Under the pieces are notes generated by a model. The model was not told where the DNA came from, ran no database searches, and worked only from the letters and a program-made list of their open reading frames with translations. A DNA stretch of 64,000 bases from Desulfosoma sp. (GTDB taxonomy: Bacteria; Desulfobacterota; Syntrophobacteria; Syntrophobacterales; DSM-9756): positions 64,001 to 128,000 of the forward strand of contig JBBFKW010000013.1 of NCBI GenBank assembly GCA_037481835.1, in the 5' to 3' direction. Numbering within the stretch: the first letter of the stretch is position 1; each line of letters opens with the position of its first letter. The position numbers and the translations under genes are program-made. Shown one piece after another: positions 19,348 to 30,864 of the stretch.

Positions 19348-21670
19348 AAGTCCCGGACGGATCGGGGCTGAAAACCGACCCGATCGAGCGGATGGCCGAG
19401 CGGTTTCGGCGAAAACCATTGTTTCCGTCGGGGGCATGAGCTGCGCCGCGTGTGTGCGGCGCGTGGAAAACGTCCTCAAGGATCTGCCCGGGGTTTGGGA
19501 TGCGGCCGTCAATTTGGCCACGGGAAAAGCCGTGCTTGTCCATGGGGAAGATGCGGTGCCCGGGGAAGCCATCCGCCGGGCCCTGACGGAAGCGGGATAC
19601 GAGTTCCTGGGGATTCTGGAAGACGGCCGCCGGGACGACCCCTTGGAGGCGCGACAGCTTAAAGAAACACAGGATTTGAAGCGCCGGGTGGCGGCGGGAT
19701 GCGTCCTTTCGGCGATCATCATGATCCTTTCCATGGGATCCCATCTTCCGGGAATCGAGCGCATCCCCCCCGGCGTCTCCAACGCCGCGCTCATCGTGTT
19801 GACGACCCCGGCGGTTTTTTGGGTCGGAAGCCGCTTTTTTCAGGGCGCCTGGAAGGCCCTTCGACAGAAGACCTCGGACATGAACACCCTCGTCGCCTTG
19901 GGTGCCTTGTCTGCTTACAGCTACTCGGTGGCCGCCGTCCTTTTTCCCTCCTTTTTCACGCGATCCGGCATCCGCCCCCACGTGTATTTCGACGGGGCGG
20001 CCATGATCGTTGCCTTGGTCCTTTTGGGCCGGCTGCTGGAGGCCAAAGCCCGCGGGAAAACGTCCCAGGCGGTGCGACGGCTCATGGGACTGAGGCCGAC
20101 GACGGCCCGCATCGTAAGAGACGGCGTGGAAAAGGAAGTACCCGTGGAAGCCGTGGGGGCTGGGGATCTCGTGAGGATTCGCCCCGGCGAACGCATCCCG
20201 GTGGACGGGGATGTGGTGGACGGCACCTCGGCCGTGGACGAATCCATGCTCACGGGAGAGAGCCTTCCGGTGGACAAGGCCGCCGGCGATAGGGTGTTTG
20301 CAGGCACTGTGAACGGCTTTGGGGCCTTGATGGTCCGGGCGGCCCGTGTCGGAGCCGACACGTCTTTGGCGCGCATCATTCGATTGGTGGAGGAGGCCCA
20401 GGGATCCAAGGCACCCATCCAGAGGCTGGCGGATCGGGTGGCCGCCGTTTTCGTTCCGGTCGTGTGCGCCATCGCTCTGATCACCTTGTGCGTATGGGTC
20501 TTCCTCGTCCCCGGGTCCGATTGGGGCCGGGCCGTGCTCAACTTCGTCTCCGTCCTCATCATTGCCTGCCCGTGCGCCATGGGACTGGCCACGCCGACCG
20601 CCGTCATGGTGGGGACGGGTTTGGGGGCCGAAGCGGGCATCCTCATCAAGAACGGCGAAACCCTGGAAAAGGCGCATCAGGTGAACATGGTCCTTTTCGA
20701 CAAGACCGGGACCCTCACCGAGGGCCGTCCCGTGGTCACCGATGTGGCGGCGGCTTCGGGCATGGATCCCAGGGAGGTCCTGCACCTTGCGGCGTCCTTG
20801 GAATCGGCGTCGGAGCACCCCTTGGGTCGGGCCGTTGTGGAGCGGGCGCGCCGGGATGGCGTCGGCCTTGACGAAATCCGGAGTTTTCAAGCCCTTTCCG
20901 GGCTCGGCGCCAAAGGGATCCTCGACGGGACCGAAATCGTGGTGGGAAACCGCACACTAGTGGAAAGCCTGGGCGCCGACGTCTCCGCCTTGGATGACGT
21001 GGCGCAGGCCATGGTCCGGGACGGCACGACGGTGGTGTACATCCTTCGGGACAAGAAGCCGGTGGGCCTTGTCGGGCTTCGAGACAATCCGAGGGATCAT
21101 GCATTCGAGGCGGTCCGGGCGCTCAAGGCCCTGGGCGTTCGCGTGGGCATGATCACGGGAGACAACAGCGCGACGGCTCGGGCCGTGGCGGCCTTGGTGG
21201 GGATTGAAGAGGTCTTCGCGGAGGTGCTTCCGGAGCGCAAGGCGGAAGTCGTGCGCGAAGCACAGAGCCGGGGGTGGGTGACGGCCATGGTGGGAGACGG
21301 CATCAACGACGCCCCCGCCCTGGCGGCGGCGGATGTGGGGATCGCCATGGGAGGCGGCACGGACGTGGCCGTGGAAGCCGGTGATATCGCCCTCATGCGC
21401 CCCGACCTGCGCCTGGTGGCCGAAGCCATGATGTTGTCCCGCATGACTTTAAAAATCATCAAGCAGAACCTGTTTTGGGCCTTCTTTTACAATTCGGCGG
21501 GCATTCCCCTTGCGGCGGGGGTGTTCTACCCGCTTTTCGGGCTCCTTCTCAATCCCATGGTGGCGGCGGCGGCCATGGCCTTCAGCTCGGTGTCCGTCGT
21601 GGGTAACGCCCTGCGGCTGCGGCGCCTGTGGCAAAAGCGCCGGCCGACCGTTGCAATCCAAGGGAAATGA
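19334..21670 (+). CDS. copA: Cu(I)-translocating P1B-type ATPase
   Basis: [31 protein letters not shown] and MAFSS motifs. The nearest in-frame ATG is at 19334, overlapping copZ. Confidence 0.93.
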   Translation: MNWSESPGRIGAENRPDRADGRAVSAKTIVSVGGMSCAACVRRVENVLKDLPGVWDAAVNLATGKAVLVHGEDAVPGEAIRRALTEAGYEFLGILEDGRRDDPLEARQLKETQDLKRRVAAGCVLSAIIMILSMGSHLPGIERIPPGVSNAALIVLTTPAVFWVGSRFFQGAWKALRQKTSDMNTLVALGALSAYSYSVAAVLFPSFFTRSGIRPHVYFDGAAMIVALVLLGRLLEAKARGKTSQAVRRLMGLRPTTARIVRDGVEKEVPVEAVGAGDLVRIRPGERIPVDGDVVDGTSAVDESMLTGESLPVDKAAGDRVFAGTVNGFGALMVRAARVGADTSLARIIRLVEEAQGSKAPIQRLADRVAAVFVPVVCAIALITLCVWVFLVPGSDWGRAVLNFVSVLIIACPCAMGLATPTAVMVGTGLGAEAGILIKNGETLEKAHQVNMVLFDKTGTLTEGRPVVTDVAAASGMDPREVLHLAASLESASEHPLGRAVVERARRDGVGLDEIRSFQALSGLGAKGILDGTEIVVGNRTLVESLGADVSALDDVAQAMVRDGTTVVYILRDKKPVGLVGLRDNPRDHAFEAVRALKALGVRVGMITGDNSATARAVAALVGIEEVFAEVLPERKAEVVREAQSRGWVTAMVGDGINDAPALAAADVGIAMGGGTDVAVEAGDIALMRPDLRLVAEAMMLSRMTLKIIKQNLFWAFFYNSAGIPLAAGVFYPLFGLLLNPMVAAAAMAFSSVSVVGNALRLRRLWQKRRPTVAIQGK

Positions 21671-21678
21671 ATTATAGT
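21651..21678 (+). promoter_or_regulatory. Possible sigma70 promoter for rubredoxin
   Basis: TTGCAA-N16-TATAGT. Confidence 0.4.
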
Positions 21679-21785
21679 GACTCCAACGTCGGTTTGTCGG
21701 CTCGTCCCCGAGCGGGGACGATGGGGGTCGCAGCGGTTTCGACCCGCCGAGGCAAAAAAAGCAGATACCACTGAAGGAGGATCCT

Positions 21786-21944
21786 ATGGCTCGGTACGTA
21801 TGTCAGATCTGCGGTTACGTCTATGACCCTGAAAAGGGCGACCCCGACAACGGTGTGGCTCCGGGGACCCCGTTCGAAAAGCTTCCGGACGATTGGACCT
21901 GTCCGGTGTGCGGCGCATCCAAGAGCGATTTCGCAAAAGAATAG
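21786..21944 (+). CDS. rub: Rubredoxin (52 aa; absent from the ORF track)
   Basis: Manual translation gives [60 protein letters not shown]. Confidence 0.96.
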   Translation: MARYVCQICGYVYDPEKGDPDNGVAPGTPFEKLPDDWTCPVCGASKSDFAKE

Positions 21945-21978
21945 CCGTCCGGTTTTGGACGTCCCGAGGAGAACCTGC

Positions 21979-22473
21979 ATGATTTTCGGATTCAATGCGG
22001 CCGAGGTTTTCCAGATCGCCGTGGAAATTGAAGAAAACGGTAAGTCCTTTTACGAAAAGGCGGCGGCCAAAATCGACGATCCCGATGTCCAGGCGATTTT
22101 TAAAGACCTGGCCCTGCAGGAAGTGGAACACAAGAAGAAGTTCATGGAACTCAAGGCCAAGCTTCCGCAACAGGCGTCGCAATCCACCGTCTTTGATCCC
22201 AACAACGAGATGGCCAACTATCTGAAGATGATGGCCGACGGCCACGTGTTTCGAACCAGCGACAACGTGGACCGTAAGCTCGCCCAGGTGAAAGACGCCG
22301 TGGACGCCCTGCGCATGGCCATGGAATTCGAAAAGGATTCGGTGATCTTCTTTCTGAGCATGCAGGATGCGACGGAAGAGGAAAAAGGCCGGCAGTTCAT
22401 CGGGCTTTTGGTCAAGGAAGAACAGGAGCACCTGAGGCGCCTGGCGCTTCAGCTGAAAAAAATGGCCCACTGA
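21979..22473 (+). CDS. Rubrerythrin/ferritin-like protein
   Basis: AVEIEENG..FY, EVEH, EKDSVIFF, EEQEH. Confidence 0.85.
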   Translation: MIFGFNAAEVFQIAVEIEENGKSFYEKAAAKIDDPDVQAIFKDLALQEVEHKKKFMELKAKLPQQASQSTVFDPNNEMANYLKMMADGHVFRTSDNVDRKLAQVKDAVDALRMAMEFEKDSVIFFLSMQDATEEEKGRQFIGLLVKEEQEHLRRLALQLKKMAH

Positions 22474-22489
22474 GGCCGTGGCTTCATGC

Positions 22490-22519
22490 AGCCGGATCCT
22501 CGAGGATCCGGCTTTTTTT
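22490..22519 (+). terminator. Rho-independent terminator
   Basis: AGCCGGATCC-TCGA-GGATCCGGCT followed by a T run. Confidence 0.8.
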
Positions 22520-22591
22520 CGCAACGAATCCGAAGGCCCTTCAGGCGGGCCGTTACGAACGTTTTTCTTTCGTTGCGGGGTGGAACCGAGC

Positions 22592-22798
22592 ATGCGTCGT
22601 CCGGAAGTGGATTTGAGCGGCTGTGTGGATTGCGACGGGTGCATCGCCCTGTGTCCCGAGGTTTTTGCCCGAAACGAGGCAGGCTACATCGAAGTGCGGG
22701 AATGCGCCGTCTATCCCGAAGCTTTGGTGGATGAAGCCATCATGATGTGCCCTTCGGACTGCATCTTTTGGGAGGAAGACGAGGAGCCGTCGTCGTGA
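22592..22798 (+). CDS. Single-cluster ferredoxin
   Basis: CVDCDGCIALCPEVF...MCPSDCI. Confidence 0.88.
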   Translation: MRRPEVDLSGCVDCDGCIALCPEVFARNEAGYIEVRECAVYPEALVDEAIMMCPSDCIFWEEDEEPSS

Positions 22799-23526
22799 TC
22801 GCAGGGGAGCCGGCTGTCCGGCGGATCGAAAAGAAAAGGGTGGAAGAACTCCTGCGTGCCTCCGATTTTTCCCGCAACCTCGCCGTGTGGCGGTCTTTGC
22901 CCGCCCGCAAAGTCATCAATCCCCTGGTGTCTTTTCTCTGCTCGGCGGACGAACGCCTTCGCTGGCACGCCGTGACGGCGGCGGGGCTCGTCACTGCGAC
23001 TCTGGCGGAAGAAGACCCGGAATCGGCCCGGGTGATCGTGCGCCGGTTTCTCTGGCAGCTAAACGACGAATCGGGTGGGATCGGTTGGGGCATTCCGGAA
23101 GCCTTGGGGGAATCCCTGGCCCGAAGTCCGCTCCTTGCCGGGGAATACGCCCGTCTTGTGCTTTCCTTTATCAAGGAAGACGAAAACTACTTGGAGCACC
23201 CGCCCCTTCTTGCCGGAGCTTTGTGGGGCCTTGCCCGGCTCCTCCAAACCCGCGCCCATCTTCTTGCGGAAAGTGAAAGCCCTTTGGCGGCCTATCTCCA
23301 CCACCCCGATGCCCTGTTTCGGGCTCTGGCCCTGTGGGGCTTGGGAGCCGTCGCAACGGCGCGAACGCTCCCCCTCCTCCAACGCCTGAGCACCGATGCC
23401 AGTCCGGTTCGGCTCTACCGCAACGAATCCTTTGAAGAGACCACCGTGGCGGACGTGGCTCGCCAAGCCGCCGCCGCCGTCAGAACGCGCCTCGGCCTCA
23501 GGACGCCTCCAGCGGCAAACGAATGA
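22795..23526 (+). CDS. DVU0298-family HEAT-repeat-like protein
   Basis: WQLNDESGGIGWGIPEA motif. GTG start overlaps the ferredoxin stop. Confidence 0.75.
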   Translation: MIAGEPAVRRIEKKRVEELLRASDFSRNLAVWRSLPARKVINPLVSFLCSADERLRWHAVTAAGLVTATLAEEDPESARVIVRRFLWQLNDESGGIGWGIPEALGESLARSPLLAGEYARLVLSFIKEDENYLEHPPLLAGALWGLARLLQTRAHLLAESESPLAAYLHHPDALFRALALWGLGAVATARTLPLLQRLSTDASPVRLYRNESFEETTVADVARQAAAAVRTRLGLRTPPAANE

Positions 23527-25886
23527 TGAACGTGGTGCCTCGGCCTTCCTCGGTTTCGAAGGAGAGGGTCCCCTTGTGCTTTTCCACGACCACGTTGTGG
23601 GCGATGGCCAGGCCCTGTCCCGTGCCTTTGCCCACTTCCTTGGTGGTGAAAAAGGGATCGAAGATCCGGTGCCGGATCTTTTCCGGGATGCCCGTACCGG
23701 TATCGGCGATGCGGATTTCGCACCACTCGTCCACCACCCGCGTGCGCACGGTGATGGTTCCTTTCTCGTCACCGCGCTCGTGCACGGCGTCCTTGATGGC
23801 GTGGGCGGCGTTGACGATGATGTTGAGGAAGACCTGGTTCACTTCGCCGGGGACACAGGGCACCGGCGGCATGTGGGGATCCAGGTCCGTGACCACGTCT
23901 GCCACGTATTTCCATTCGTTTCGAGCCACCGTCAGGGTGTTTTCCAAGGCCTTGTTGATGTCCGTCGGGACTTTTTCTTCCTGCCCGGGATGGGAAAACT
24001 CCTTCATGGCCAAGACGATCTTGGCCACCCGCTGGACCCCTTCCAACGTCTGACCGATGGCTCTTGGGATTTCCTCTGTAAGATATTCCAGGTCGACGGC
24101 TTCGGCCGTTTCTTCCACGGCACGCACGGCATCGGCCAAGGCGTCCACGGATCGAGCCCCTTCCAGGAGGTTCCGGTATTTATCCTGGAGTTCCTCCAAA
24201 TCCCGGAAGGCGTCCTGAAGGAACCGGGTGTTGTCGCCGATGAATTGCACCGGCGTGTTGATTTCATGGGCGATGCCCGCCGCCAATTGGCCGATGGATT
24301 CCAGCTTCTGGGCCTGAGCCAGCTGCGCCTCCAAGAGCTTCCTCTGGGTGATCTCGGCGCCCATGATGAAGATACCCACGTCCCGTTCGTGGTCCATGCC
24401 CACAGGGTTGACGGTCAAGCCGAGGAAGCCGGGTTGTCCGTCGAGGCGTGTGTATCGAAGGTCGTCCACGCGTTGGGGCTTTTTCTTTCGACGGCAGCAC
24501 TCCAGGGCCGATGCCATCCGGTCCCGCTGCCACTCGAGGGGGAGCTCTTCCAGGGTCTTTCCCAGAACGTCTGCGGCACGCATGCCGAAAACATTCTCGG
24601 CCATGGCGTTCCATCGCACGATGCGCCCTTGGGGGTCCAATCCGATGAGCACGGAAGAGATGGCCGAAATGAGCTGTTCCAATTCCCAATGGGCTTTTCG
24701 GGCTTCTTCTTCGGCCTTTTTGAGATCGGTGATGTCGAGGGAGACGGAGACGCAGCCTGCGGGGGAGCCGTCGTCGGCAGAGTAGGGGGTGCTGGTTACT
24801 CGAAAATATGCGCCCAGATGGTCGTTGTAGACTTCCCTCTCCAAAAAACGGCTGGGGGGGGCCGCCCTCATCGTAGGGGCATTGAGGGCATTTTTCGGGT
24901 AGGCCGCGGAGCATCTCGTAACAGAAGCGCCCGATGATGTCTTCTCGACGCATTCCCAGGCGCCGGGCGAAAGCCGCGTTGACTTTGCGGATGCGAAAAT
25001 CCTTGTCGGTGACGTCGATCATCGCCGGGACCGCATCGAAGGTCCGTTCCCATTCTTCCTTGGCCCGGCGGAGGGCCTCTCGGGCTTCCTTCCGTTCCGT
25101 GATGTCGAAAAGAACGCCGGAGACATGATGGAGAGTGCCGTCCGGGTTGCAAAGGAGGCGCCCGCGATCCTGGATCCACCGAACGCGCCCTTGGGCATCC
25201 ACGATGCGGTATTCTCGAATAAAGGCGCCGTCTCCGTTCTTGGCTTCCTTCAGGGTTGCCGTAACGCTGGGCATGTCCTCCGGCACGATGCACTCGTTCC
25301 AGCGCTTCCGCCCGGAAAGGAAAACTTCGGGCCCATACCCGGTGACGTCTCGGATCTGATCGGAAACAAAAATCACGCTCCAGTCTTTCAGACCCGTATA
25401 GACCACGCACGGCAGGTTTTTGACCAGCGCCGCATAGTCCTCCTTTTGCCGGCGCAGTTCCCGGGTTCTTTCTTCCACTAGGTTTTCCAGGTCTTGGAGG
25501 TATCGGCGATTGGCGAGTTCCAGTTGGCGCCGCCGTAAAGCCGCTTCCACGTCGATACGCAGGCCCGAAACCTCGAAGGGCTTGACGATGTAGCCGTAGA
25601 CGCCCATGTCCCAAGCCCTTTGAGTGATCTTCGGATCGTCCAAAACGGACAAAATGAGTGTCGCCGTATCGGGACGGGTGCGGATCACATGCTCCAAAAA
25701 ATCCAAGCCCGATTCTCCCGGCATGTTCACGTCGGATATCACCAGATCGAAAGCCTTCTTTTCCAAAAGGGCGCGCGCGGCCGCCGCATTGGGCGCCGTT
25801 TCGCATTCGTGGCCGAACCCGGCCAAGGCGGCCGAAACCAAATGGCGGATGGCGTGTTCATCGTCCACGATCAGGATGCGTGCCAT
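23498..25886 (-). pseudogene. Hybrid sensor kinase (REC-PAS-PAS-PAS-HisKA-HATPase) split by a one-base frameshift
   Basis: ORF 24264-25886 holds REC and PAS domains. ORF 23498-24871 holds PAS, AHEINTP, NQVFLN, DTGTG, FFTTK and GTGQGL. The frames join if one C is removed from the C8 tract (G8 at 24854-24861). Confidence 0.8.
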
Positions 25887-25952
25887 GGTTTTCTCCCTTC
25901 CGTGCGTCGCCGTGTGGGCTGTCCATGATTCAAGGCTGCGTTTTTTTCATCG

Positions 25953-25967
25953 GCAGGATTCATGCCG
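25953..25967 (-). promoter_or_regulatory. Possible sigma54 promoter of the hybrid kinase
   Basis: Minus strand CGGCATGAATCCTGC fits GG-N10-GC, about 65 nt upstream of the start. Confidence 0.35.
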
Positions 25968-26061
25968 GGCTTGAAAAATGCCGATCGTCATCGTGATTGG
26001 TCCGCATCCTGCTTCTCGAAAAAAGCGATCCATCCGTCGAGGTGAAACAAGGAGTCCTTCC

Positions 26062-26586
26062 ATGATCGGCGAAGAATATGTGGTCTTTGAAATCGACGGC
26101 CAAAGCTGTGCGGTTCCCCTGAGGGCGGTACGGCGTATCGTCCGCGCGGCGGCCCTTTCTCCTGTCCCCGATGCTCCGAGGGGCCTCCTGGGCCTCCTTA
26201 ACCTCCACGGCTGTTTGATCCCCGTCTACGACATGAGAGAGGCGCTGGGATATCCGCCCAAGCCCCTGGCGCCGCAGGATCGTTTCCTCATCGTGGACGA
26301 CGGCTCGGGCCCCGCCGCCCTGTGCGCCGACGAAGTGCGCCATATCGGTAACGTGCAGGTGGAACCCGACATCCAAGGCCGGCGCCTCTTGGGGCACCAG
26401 AGGCTCTTTGGCGCAGTGGGCCAATGCAACGGGAAAACGGTCTTCATCGTGGATCCGGCGTCCTTGGGAAAAGGAACCACGCCATCACACCAGGGCGTCA
26501 AAGGAAACGACGACGGGGTCATGAAGCTGACGTTCCCAAATGTCGCGATGCTCAAGGACGGGGATGCCGTGGGAGTGTGTCTGTGA
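26062..26586 (+). CDS. cheW: CheW-like protein
   Basis: VPDAP..LLGLLNLHG..IPVYD; AGGAG RBS. Confidence 0.82.
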   Translation: MIGEEYVVFEIDGQSCAVPLRAVRRIVRAAALSPVPDAPRGLLGLLNLHGCLIPVYDMREALGYPPKPLAPQDRFLIVDDGSGPAALCADEVRHIGNVQVEPDIQGRRLLGHQRLFGAVGQCNGKTVFIVDPASLGKGTTPSHQGVKGNDDGVMKLTFPNVAMLKDGDAVGVCL

Positions 26587-26664
26587 AGTCTCTGTGCTTT
26601 CCGGTAAAAACCGGGACAGCATGGTGTGTGTAAGGTGCGTGAAGGAGGGGGTGTCATCGGCGGT

Positions 26665-28191
26665 ATGGACGGGGTGCGACGGGTGGCCGCGTGGGCTCGG
26701 GAGCACTTGGGTCTGCTGGAGGACCCTTCGGCGGCATCGGAAATTGGCCTGAAACTCGGGGCGGCGGCCCGGGCGCACGGTTTTGCCGACGCGGAGGCTT
26801 TCGTGCGCCATCTTTTCGACGATCTTTCGCCTTCGGATCGACTGCGAACGCTCGCTTCCGTGCTCACCATCGGGGAGACCTATTTTTTTCGTGAGCCCCA
26901 AGCGCTGCAGATTTTCAAGCAGGACATCCTGCCGGAGATCATGCACTTTCGGGAAGATCGCGGTCAGAGGCGGCTTGTGCTGTGGAGCGCCGGGTGCAGC
27001 ACCGGAGAGGAGGCCTATACTTTGGCCATGATCGTCAAAGAAGCCCTGCACGGCCGCCCCGAGTGGGATTTTTCCGTTTCGGCGACGGATATCAATGAGA
27101 AGGCGCTGGAGATGGCCCGAGAAGGGCTTTACCGGCCCTGGTCCTTTCGAAAACCGGTGCCCCCGGAGTACCGAAAATATTTTGTGCGGCTCGAGGCTGA
27201 GAACCTGTGGCGGGTTCGAGACGATATCAAGCGGCACGTCACCTTCTCCGTGTTGAATCTGGCCTCGGCACACTACCCTTCACCGCAGACGCACACGATG
27301 GACGTGGACGCGTTGTTTTGCCGAAACGTGCTCATGTATTTCGACCCGAAGACCCGGGCGGAGGTTCTCCGGCGGTTCCACGGGGCTTTGAACGAGGCGG
27401 GGTGGCTGATTTTGGGGGCGTCCGAGATCCACACGGCTTCGGGCGGCCCGTGGGAGTCGGTGCGTTACCCGGAAGCCGTTTTTCTTCGAAAACGCCAGGG
27501 AGGGATTTCCAGGGAAAGAAGCCAAAACGTTCCGCCTTGCAAGAGGTTTCCCGAAAACGGTCGACTCCTGGAAACACCGGCCTTGTTCGCTTCAGCGAGC
27601 GCCGCGGAGAAGCGCTCAGCGGACCCGACCCTGTCCTCGAAAAGGGAGACCGGTCCGGTGTCTTCCGATCATGGGATGTGCCGTCTTTTGGCTTCGGGGC
27701 GCTTGGAAGAGGCGGTGGCTTTGGTGGAACGGGATTTGGGCGGATCTGCAGACATGCCGCTCGGTGAAGGGTTTCGGGACGCGATCCTTCAGGTGGTTCA
27801 GGCCCTGGCGGCACGAGGCCGGGCGGAAAAAGCCCTGAATCTTTTGGATCGCGTCCTTGCCGTGCACAAGTTTGATCCCGCCCTTTACCACATGAAGGGG
27901 GCCCTCCACGCCGAGCTCGGCCAAGGAGATGAAGCCGTGGCGGCTTTTCGCCAGATGCTCTATGTGGCGCCTCAATCAGCGACGGCGCTCTTGTCCTTGG
28001 GGATGCTGAGCCGCCGGGAGGGACATCCGGACGCGGCCCGCCGTTATCTGGAAGGTGCCTTGAAGCTGCTTGAAGGAAAAGACGACCGGGAAGAAGTGCC
28101 GTACAGCGACGGCATGTCGGTCGGCCAGACGCGGCGCATGGTTGAAAGGTTTTTGAACGGCTTGCGTGAAAGGCCAGGGGAGGGATCCTGA
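26665..28191 (+). CDS. cheR: CheR methyltransferase with C-terminal TPR (WspC-like)
   Basis: TIGETYFFRE, WSAGCSTGEEAY, CRNVLMYF; TPR-like helical C-terminus. Confidence 0.9.
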   Translation: MDGVRRVAAWAREHLGLLEDPSAASEIGLKLGAAARAHGFADAEAFVRHLFDDLSPSDRLRTLASVLTIGETYFFREPQALQIFKQDILPEIMHFREDRGQRRLVLWSAGCSTGEEAYTLAMIVKEALHGRPEWDFSVSATDINEKALEMAREGLYRPWSFRKPVPPEYRKYFVRLEAENLWRVRDDIKRHVTFSVLNLASAHYPSPQTHTMDVDALFCRNVLMYFDPKTRAEVLRRFHGALNEAGWLILGASEIHTASGGPWESVRYPEAVFLRKRQGGISRERSQNVPPCKRFPENGRLLETPALFASASAAEKRSADPTLSSKRETGPVSSDHGMCRLLASGRLEEAVALVERDLGGSADMPLGEGFRDAILQVVQALAARGRAEKALNLLDRVLAVHKFDPALYHMKGALHAELGQGDEAVAAFRQMLYVAPQSATALLSLGMLSRREGHPDAARRYLEGALKLLEGKDDREEVPYSDGMSVGQTRRMVERFLNGLRERPGEGS

Positions 28192-28712
28192 TGCTGAAGG
28201 CCGAAGAAAGAGATCGGGCGATCCTGGAAAGCCGCGCCCTGGAACTGGCAAAACCTTTGGAAGAAAACGGGCTTGAGGGCGGTACGGAGGTGGTTGTCTT
28301 CCATCTGTGCGGGGAACGCTATGCGGTGGAGTCCGCCGTGGTTCGGGAAATCCGAAGGCTGGACGGGGTGACGTCCCTTCCCGGAGTGCCGGATTTCGTC
28401 ATGGGAATCATGAATGTTCGTGGGGAAATCCTTCCCGTGCTGGATCTGGGGACGCTCCTGGGCCTGCCCTCGGTCCCGTTTGATGAAGAGGCGCGGGTGG
28501 TGGTGCTGAGCGGCGCAGGGATGACTTTCGGCATCGCCGCCCATGGGCTCAAAGGAACAGAAAGGCTGTCCCTTCAGGGGCTGCAGGCGGCTCCGGTTTC
28601 CGGAAACGGGTTGGCCCAGGGCGTTGTGCGTGGAGTGACCTCCGATCGGCTGATCGTCTTGGACGGCAAGGCCCTTCTTACCGACAAGGGCCTTGTGGTG
28701 GGTGCGGCGTAG
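28191..28712 (+). CDS. cheW: CheW-like protein (WspD-like)
   Basis: ILESRALELA N-terminus; LPGVPDFVMGIMNVRGEILPVLDL. Confidence 0.88.
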   Translation: MLKAEERDRAILESRALELAKPLEENGLEGGTEVVVFHLCGERYAVESAVVREIRRLDGVTSLPGVPDFVMGIMNVRGEILPVLDLGTLLGLPSVPFDEEARVVVLSGAGMTFGIAAHGLKGTERLSLQGLQAAPVSGNGLAQGVVRGVTSDRLIVLDGKALLTDKGLVVGAA

Positions 28713-28766
28713 CGGATCGCGGCGCCGTGGACGTCGTGACTGCGGCGGAAAAAACGGGAGGTGTGG

Positions 28767-30797
28767 ATGATTGAGCGGTTTCAAAAGAATCTGGCGTGGA
28801 GAATGGCGCTCTATTTCGGCATTTTGATGACCGTGTCCCTCGTCCTTTTGGCGCTGGTCAGCTTCATGTATGAGCGGCGGCATCTCCAGGAGGCGGTTTT
28901 TGAGAGGTTGAGCGGCCTTCGGGAGACGCAAAAAGAGCGGCTTCAGGAATACCTGAAAGAGCGCTTGGATTTCGTGCGCCTCATCGCCCGATCCCGTGAA
29001 GTGGCCGAATTGATGGCCTTTGCCGCCGAGCTGCAAAGCTCGGGGGGGACGGCTTCGGAAGATTTGTCCTCCCGCCGTTACGGGCTTTTGGCCCAAAGAG
29101 CCCACGCGCGTCTGAGTTCCGACGAAACCTCCGGGGGCTTTGAGGATCTCGTCCTTTTTTTGCCCGATAAACCGAAAATCGTGTACGCGGCCCGCGAGGG
29201 ACTTAAGACCTCCTTGGAAGACGCAGCTTTTGCCAAGCGCCTGAAAACCTTGGAACCGGTCTGGAAACAGGCCGTGAAGAAAAACTCAGTCGTTTTGGCG
29301 GATCTAAGCTTTTACGACCCTGTGGGCAAGCCCTGCTTCTTCATCGGAACGCCCGTCAAGGACGAGCAGGGAACGGTGTCCGCGGTGCTCGTGGCGGCCC
29401 TGAACATCGAGCATCTCAAGCATATCGTTGAGCAGAAAAGCGGCCTGGGGCTGACGGGAGACACCTATGTGGTGGGATTTGACGGCTTATTACGCACGCC
29501 GTCCCGATTTCTTTCAGAAGGGGAGATTTTGAAAAAGAAGGTGGAAACGGAGGCCGTGCGACGGGCTTTAACCGGGCAAACGGGGCACATCACGGCGATG
29601 GACTACAGAGGCCAAGAGGTGCTCAGCGTTTTCGGCCCTGTGGGTTTGAAGGAAACGCTTTCCGCCGATTTCGACTGGGTTCTTCTCGTGGAAATGGATG
29701 CGGCGGAAGCCTTTTCGGCCGTGAGGCAATCGGCGCTTCGGTACGGGCTGCTGACGGTTTTCCTGGTTGTGTGCGCCGTGGCGGCGGGATTTTTGACCGC
29801 CCGCGCCATCGTTTCCCCATTGAGGAGGCTCAGGGCCGTGATCGCGGACGTGGCCCAGGGGAACTTGAGCGTTTCCATCGAAGAAACCCTGCGTGCCGAT
29901 GAAGTGGGAGACTTGATGCGTGGTTTCGGGGCCATGTTGGATTCCCTCAAGGGACAGACCCGCCAGATCGTAGGCGGAGTCAACGATTTGGCGGCCTCCA
30001 TCAGCCAGATTTCCGCGACGGCGGCACAACTTGCCGCCAGCTCCGCCGAAACGGCCACTTCCATCAGCGAAATTACGGCCACGGTGGAAGAAGTGCGGCA
30101 GACGGCGCGCTTGTCCCACGACAAGGCCAAACAGGTGGCCCAGCGCTCGGAAACGCTGGCCCAGACCTCCCACGAAGGGCGTCAGGTGACGGACGATGTT
30201 TTGAAGGGCCTGCAGCGCATTCGAGAAGAAATGGAATTTGTGGCGGAAAATGTCATGCGGCTGAGCGAACAGGGCCAAAGCATCGGCGATATTATCGACG
30301 TCGTAAGGGATCTGGCGGACCAGGTGAACCTCCTTTCGGTCAACGCGGCCATCGAAGCGGCCAAGGCGGGGGATCACGGCAAGGGTTTCGCCGTGGTGGC
30401 CCAGGAAATGCGGTCCTTGGCGGATCAGTCCAAGGAGGCGACGGAGCAGGTCAAGCAGATTTTGTCCGAAATCCAGAAGGCTACCGGCGGGGCTGTCATG
30501 GCCATCGAAAGAGGGACCAAGGCTGTGGCGGCTGGGCTCGATTTGGGCCAACGGGCCGGGGACGCCATCGGTCGTTTGGCCCAAGGGGTTGAAGAAGCGT
30601 CCGATTCGGCCCTCCAGATCGCTTCCTCGAGTCAGGAGCAGTTGGTGGGGATGGAGCAGGTCGTGTTGGCGGTGCAAAACATACGAGAAGCCGGCGTGCA
30701 GAACACGGAGGCGGCGCGCCAGCTGGAGGCGGCCGTTCGGGATCTGGAACGGCTCAGCCGCACATTGACGGAGATTGCTTCACGCCTTCGGGTCTGA
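28767..30797 (+). CDS. Methyl-accepting chemotaxis protein (Cache-like periplasmic domain, HAMP)
   Basis: Two TM helices, DEVG HAMP motif, [27 protein letters not shown]. Confidence 0.93.
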   Translation: MIERFQKNLAWRMALYFGILMTVSLVLLALVSFMYERRHLQEAVFERLSGLRETQKERLQEYLKERLDFVRLIARSREVAELMAFAAELQSSGGTASEDLSSRRYGLLAQRAHARLSSDETSGGFEDLVLFLPDKPKIVYAAREGLKTSLEDAAFAKRLKTLEPVWKQAVKKNSVVLADLSFYDPVGKPCFFIGTPVKDEQGTVSAVLVAALNIEHLKHIVEQKSGLGLTGDTYVVGFDGLLRTPSRFLSEGEILKKKVETEAVRRALTGQTGHITAMDYRGQEVLSVFGPVGLKETLSADFDWVLLVEMDAAEAFSAVRQSALRYGLLTVFLVVCAVAAGFLTARAIVSPLRRLRAVIADVAQGNLSVSIEETLRADEVGDLMRGFGAMLDSLKGQTRQIVGGVNDLAASISQISATAAQLAASSAETATSISEITATVEEVRQTARLSHDKAKQVAQRSETLAQTSHEGRQVTDDVLKGLQRIREEMEFVAENVMRLSEQGQSIGDIIDVVRDLADQVNLLSVNAAIEAAKAGDHGKGFAVVAQEMRSLADQSKEATEQVKQILSEIQKATGGAVMAIERGTKAVAAGLDLGQRAGDAIGRLAQGVEEASDSALQIASSSQEQLVGMEQVVLAVQNIREAGVQNTEAARQLEAAVRDLERLSRTLTEIASRLRV

Positions 30798-30864
30798 TGG
30801 GGGAAATGAAGGCCTGCGGGGGCGTGGAAGACTGTGAAAGATACGGAGGCCGAAAGGGCGGGCC

